From Andalucia godoyi And28 (lineage: Eukaryota > Protista > Jakobida), in contig VRVR01000020.1 of NCBI GenBank assembly GCA_009859145.1, positions 276,063 to 340,062 of the forward strand: DNA of 64,000 nucleotides, read 5' to 3'. Every line of letters starts with the position of its first letter. Position 1 is the stretch's first letter. The position numbers and the translations under genes are program-made. This document shows positions 61,785 through 64,000 of the stretch, one piece after another. The notes beneath the pieces are model-generated. The model saw only the letters and a list, made by a program, of their open reading frames with translations, searched no databases and was not told where the DNA came from.

Positions 61785-64000
61785 ATGAGCGAGACGTTGG
61801 AAGGTTCGTCTCGACTGCGCTCGGGCGCGTCCAGTATTTCGCAATCCCTGTCGATGGATTTTGAGTCTGGGTCGGCCGTGCCCGCGCGGCGGACCGCAGA
61901 CTGCTGGACTCCACGTTCATTGCAAAGGAGGAGATCTTCTCTCGAGAGAGCGGACGTCGGCACCAGCGTTCACTCGGCGGGAGATCTGCGTATCGAAGAA
62001 GCAGCAACCTTGCCGGAGGGACGAACGGGAGCTATGCCGTCGGACAGTTGGAAACGGACTTCTTCGGCACCAGACTTGACGTGTCTCGGTGACAGTGAGC
62101 CGCAGAGCAATGCTGTGTCGGCGTTATCTTCCGCCTCGTCCTCCACTTCTGCCTTCGCTGCCTCCGCTTCTTCTAAATTCTCAGGTGTAAAGTCATCATC
62201 GTTCTCTGCTGGGGCTGCGGGGGCTTCACAGTCGCCACCACCATCATCTCCAGCCTCTTCCTCTCGGGCCCGTGCGATGATGGCAACGTGCCGCGCGCTG
62301 CTGAGAGCGGTCCCGCTAGTCTTGTGGGCTGCGATCGTGTTGCTTGGTGTTGGGTTGGTGATTTGGCTTGCCGAGTCGTCGCATGCCCAGGCACTCGGAG
62401 TGGATCTGTCGTCGTGGTGTTTCTTTCTCTCTGCCGTTTTTTTCTCTTGGGTGATCAGCGAGTACTTCGCCGCTGCCATCGTGGGCGTGGGGAACTTCAT
62501 TGATATGGAAGGAAAGGTGGAGATGTATCTCCAGGCGTTGGTTGGGTCACTGCACTACATGCTGTTCTTCATTGCCATGGTTATTTCCTGGAACGCGCTG
62601 TTGTATGATGTGGACGGAGTGCCTGGCTACCCAATCGTCGAGGACATCGCGATCGGCATCAACACTGCGGTCTACATTTCCCTTCTTCACGGTGTCAAGG
62701 CAGTATTTGTCACGCATTTCGTGGAGTCGAGGAACCAGACATTGTTTGCCAAGGAATTGCAATTGGCGCTTTTTCGGGAAAAGCTGTTGACCCGGCTTTC
62801 GCAGAAACAGTATACCTTTCGAAAGCAGAATGTGACAAGACATATTGAATCATCCTCCAGCATAGACGATTTGAAATTCTACGGGGAGATGGTCCCATCT
62901 CTTCTTACTCTAGCGGAAAGTGAATCGTTGAATGTCATGTCCCTCTCCAAATTCCGCTTGTTGCGCGATCTGTTTCAGAACAACAAACTGAAACGGATTC
63001 GAAAGTCCAGTCAGTTTGACTACATGTGGGACGAAGAGGGTTCCAAGGCAGATGTGGAACGCGTTGTCCGACGTGTCTACTGGAATTTAGCGCAGCCTCT
63101 TTCGGAGGATTTTCTTGGCGTGGACGACATCTCCAACATGGGTCCCCGAGAAATGTGCAACATCCAGGACTTTGCTCGTGTTCTCCATCGCGATGTGGGA
63201 TCCGCTGTTGTCCAAAAAGCTTTTTCGCTTTTCAGCCACGGCAAGAATGATTTCGTGACTCGCGACGACATTGAAACTGAGGTGACAAGTGCGTACAAGT
63301 CGAGAAAGCATCTGTCCAACAATCTCCGAAATTTTGAGGACGTGTCGCGCATTTTGATGCGAGTCGTCGATTTCCCATTCTGGTTCATCATGGTGATCGC
63401 TCTGCTTGTGTCCTTTGGGTATGACTTGGTGACCGTTGTTGTTCCATTCTCGTCGTTCGTTTTGGGTGTTGCGTTTGCAGTGAGACCTCTTGGCCAGAGA
63501 ATGTTTGAATCTGCGGTGCTGATGATCGGGGTGCAGTCTTTCTCGATCGGAGACCGCATTCGGATCAGTGGCCAGAAACAGATTTATACCATTCGCAAAG
63601 TCGGTGTGTTCTCGACGATCGCCCATTCAATCCAAGGCGAGGAGGTCTACATTCCGAATACGATGTTGTTCAATCAGCACGTGCACAACCTGCGTCGCAA
63701 TCCGCTGGCTTCGGTTAGCATTGATCTTCAAGCGGGTTTGCAAGACGTCGCAGAGAAGCTCCCCCAATTCAAGCGCCTTCTTGGGGATTATCTTCGCGCG
63801 AACAACCACGTTTGGATTGCCGACGGATTCTGTGTGGAGACGACGTCGATTGACAACTTGTCGAAAGTCGTCCTTGCAGTGTATGTCGGATGTCGTTGTC
63901 GATGGCAGGACCGAAAGATTTGGATGCCCGCAAGATCGAGTCTGCTGGAGCACATTGCTTACCTCTTTCAACAGCTCAAAATGGAGTACCTTCCTCCTAC
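61785..64000 (+). CDS. MscS-like (MSL) mechanosensitive channel, truncated by the window end
   Basis: Frame appears open from ATG 61785 to the window end (missing from the ORF track because no stop is reached). N-terminal TMs, EF-hand-like AFSLFSHGKNDFVTRDDI, MscS beta-domain SFSIGDRIRI...EVYIPNTML...HNLRR. Confidence 0.88.
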   Translation, partial: MSETLEGSSRLRSGASSISQSLSMDFESGSAVPARRTADCWTPRSLQRRRSSLERADVGTSVHSAGDLRIEEAATLPEGRTGAMPSDSWKRTSSAPDLTCLGDSEPQSNAVSALSSASSSTSAFAASASSKFSGVKSSSFSAGAAGASQSPPPSSPASSSRARAMMATCRALLRAVPLVLWAAIVLLGVGLVIWLAESSHAQALGVDLSSWCFFLSAVFFSWVISEYFAAAIVGVGNFIDMEGKVEMYLQALVGSLHYMLFFIAMVISWNALLYDVDGVPGYPIVEDIAIGINTAVYISLLHGVKAVFVTHFVESRNQTLFAKELQLALFREKLLTRLSQKQYTFRKQNVTRHIESSSSIDDLKFYGEMVPSLLTLAESESLNVMSLSKFRLLRDLFQNNKLKRIRKSSQFDYMWDEEGSKADVERVVRRVYWNLAQPLSEDFLGVDDISNMGPREMCNIQDFARVLHRDVGSAVVQKAFSLFSHGKNDFVTRDDIETEVTSAYKSRKHLSNNLRNFEDVSRILMRVVDFPFWFIMVIALLVSFGYDLVTVVVPFSSFVLGVAFAVRPLGQRMFESAVLMIGVQSFSIGDRIRISGQKQIYTIRKVGVFSTIAHSIQGEEVYIPNTMLFNQHVHNLRRNPLASVSIDLQAGLQDVAEKLPQFKRLLGDYLRANNHVWIADGFCVETTSIDNLSKVVLAVYVGCRCRWQDRKIWMPARSSLLEHIAYLFQQLKMEYLPP

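Noticed and set aside
49286-64000. Two mechanosensitive channels (OSCA and MscS-like), and splicing genes CWC15 and SF3B4, close together
   Set aside because: Unrelated genes intervene and the strands differ; no evidence of functional clustering beyond chance.

Overview
Compact eukaryotic (protist-like) nuclear DNA: GC-richer coding regions, short AT- and microsatellite-rich intergenic stretches, a few short GT-AG introns, standard genetic code. About 33 protein-coding genes can be supported, mostly housekeeping: ATG5, PNUTS/PPP1R10-like, Tho1/MOS11-like, ASPM, histone H2B, LSM6, Med20-like, 1R-MYB, AAMP/SQT1, a small DASH/Dam1 (Duo1/Dad2)-like gene, a hemerythrin, eIF3k, a Zn(II)2Cys6 factor, SNF8/VPS22, a WD40 protein, COX19, mitochondrial bL25, Rab14, SEC16, MFSD5, OSCA/TMEM63, CHD1L/ALC1, NUP107, CWC15, NDUFB11, SF3B4 and a truncated MscS-like channel. 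The most striking signal is non-coding. At ~34.15-34.48 kb (minus strand) lies a frameshifted C-terminal remnant of a Fanzor2/IS607-type TnpB nuclease, running into an apparently intact omegaRNA-like fold (three hairpins plus a loop-to-3'-end pseudoknot ending GTAGG). A second copy of the same fold, almost without protein sequence, sits 20 kb away at ~14.0-14.15 kb (plus strand), just upstream of histone H2B. The two copies share a 25/26-nt core and a 13/16-nt terminus, keep the same stems with different sequences, and are followed by different putative guides. This suggests a family of stand-alone or non-autonomous Fanzor guide-RNA loci. All family assignments are from motif recognition by eye; no database search or folding program was run. 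Taxonomy cannot be fixed from the sequence; the gene set is compatible with an intron-poor free-living protist such as a jakobid (inference only).
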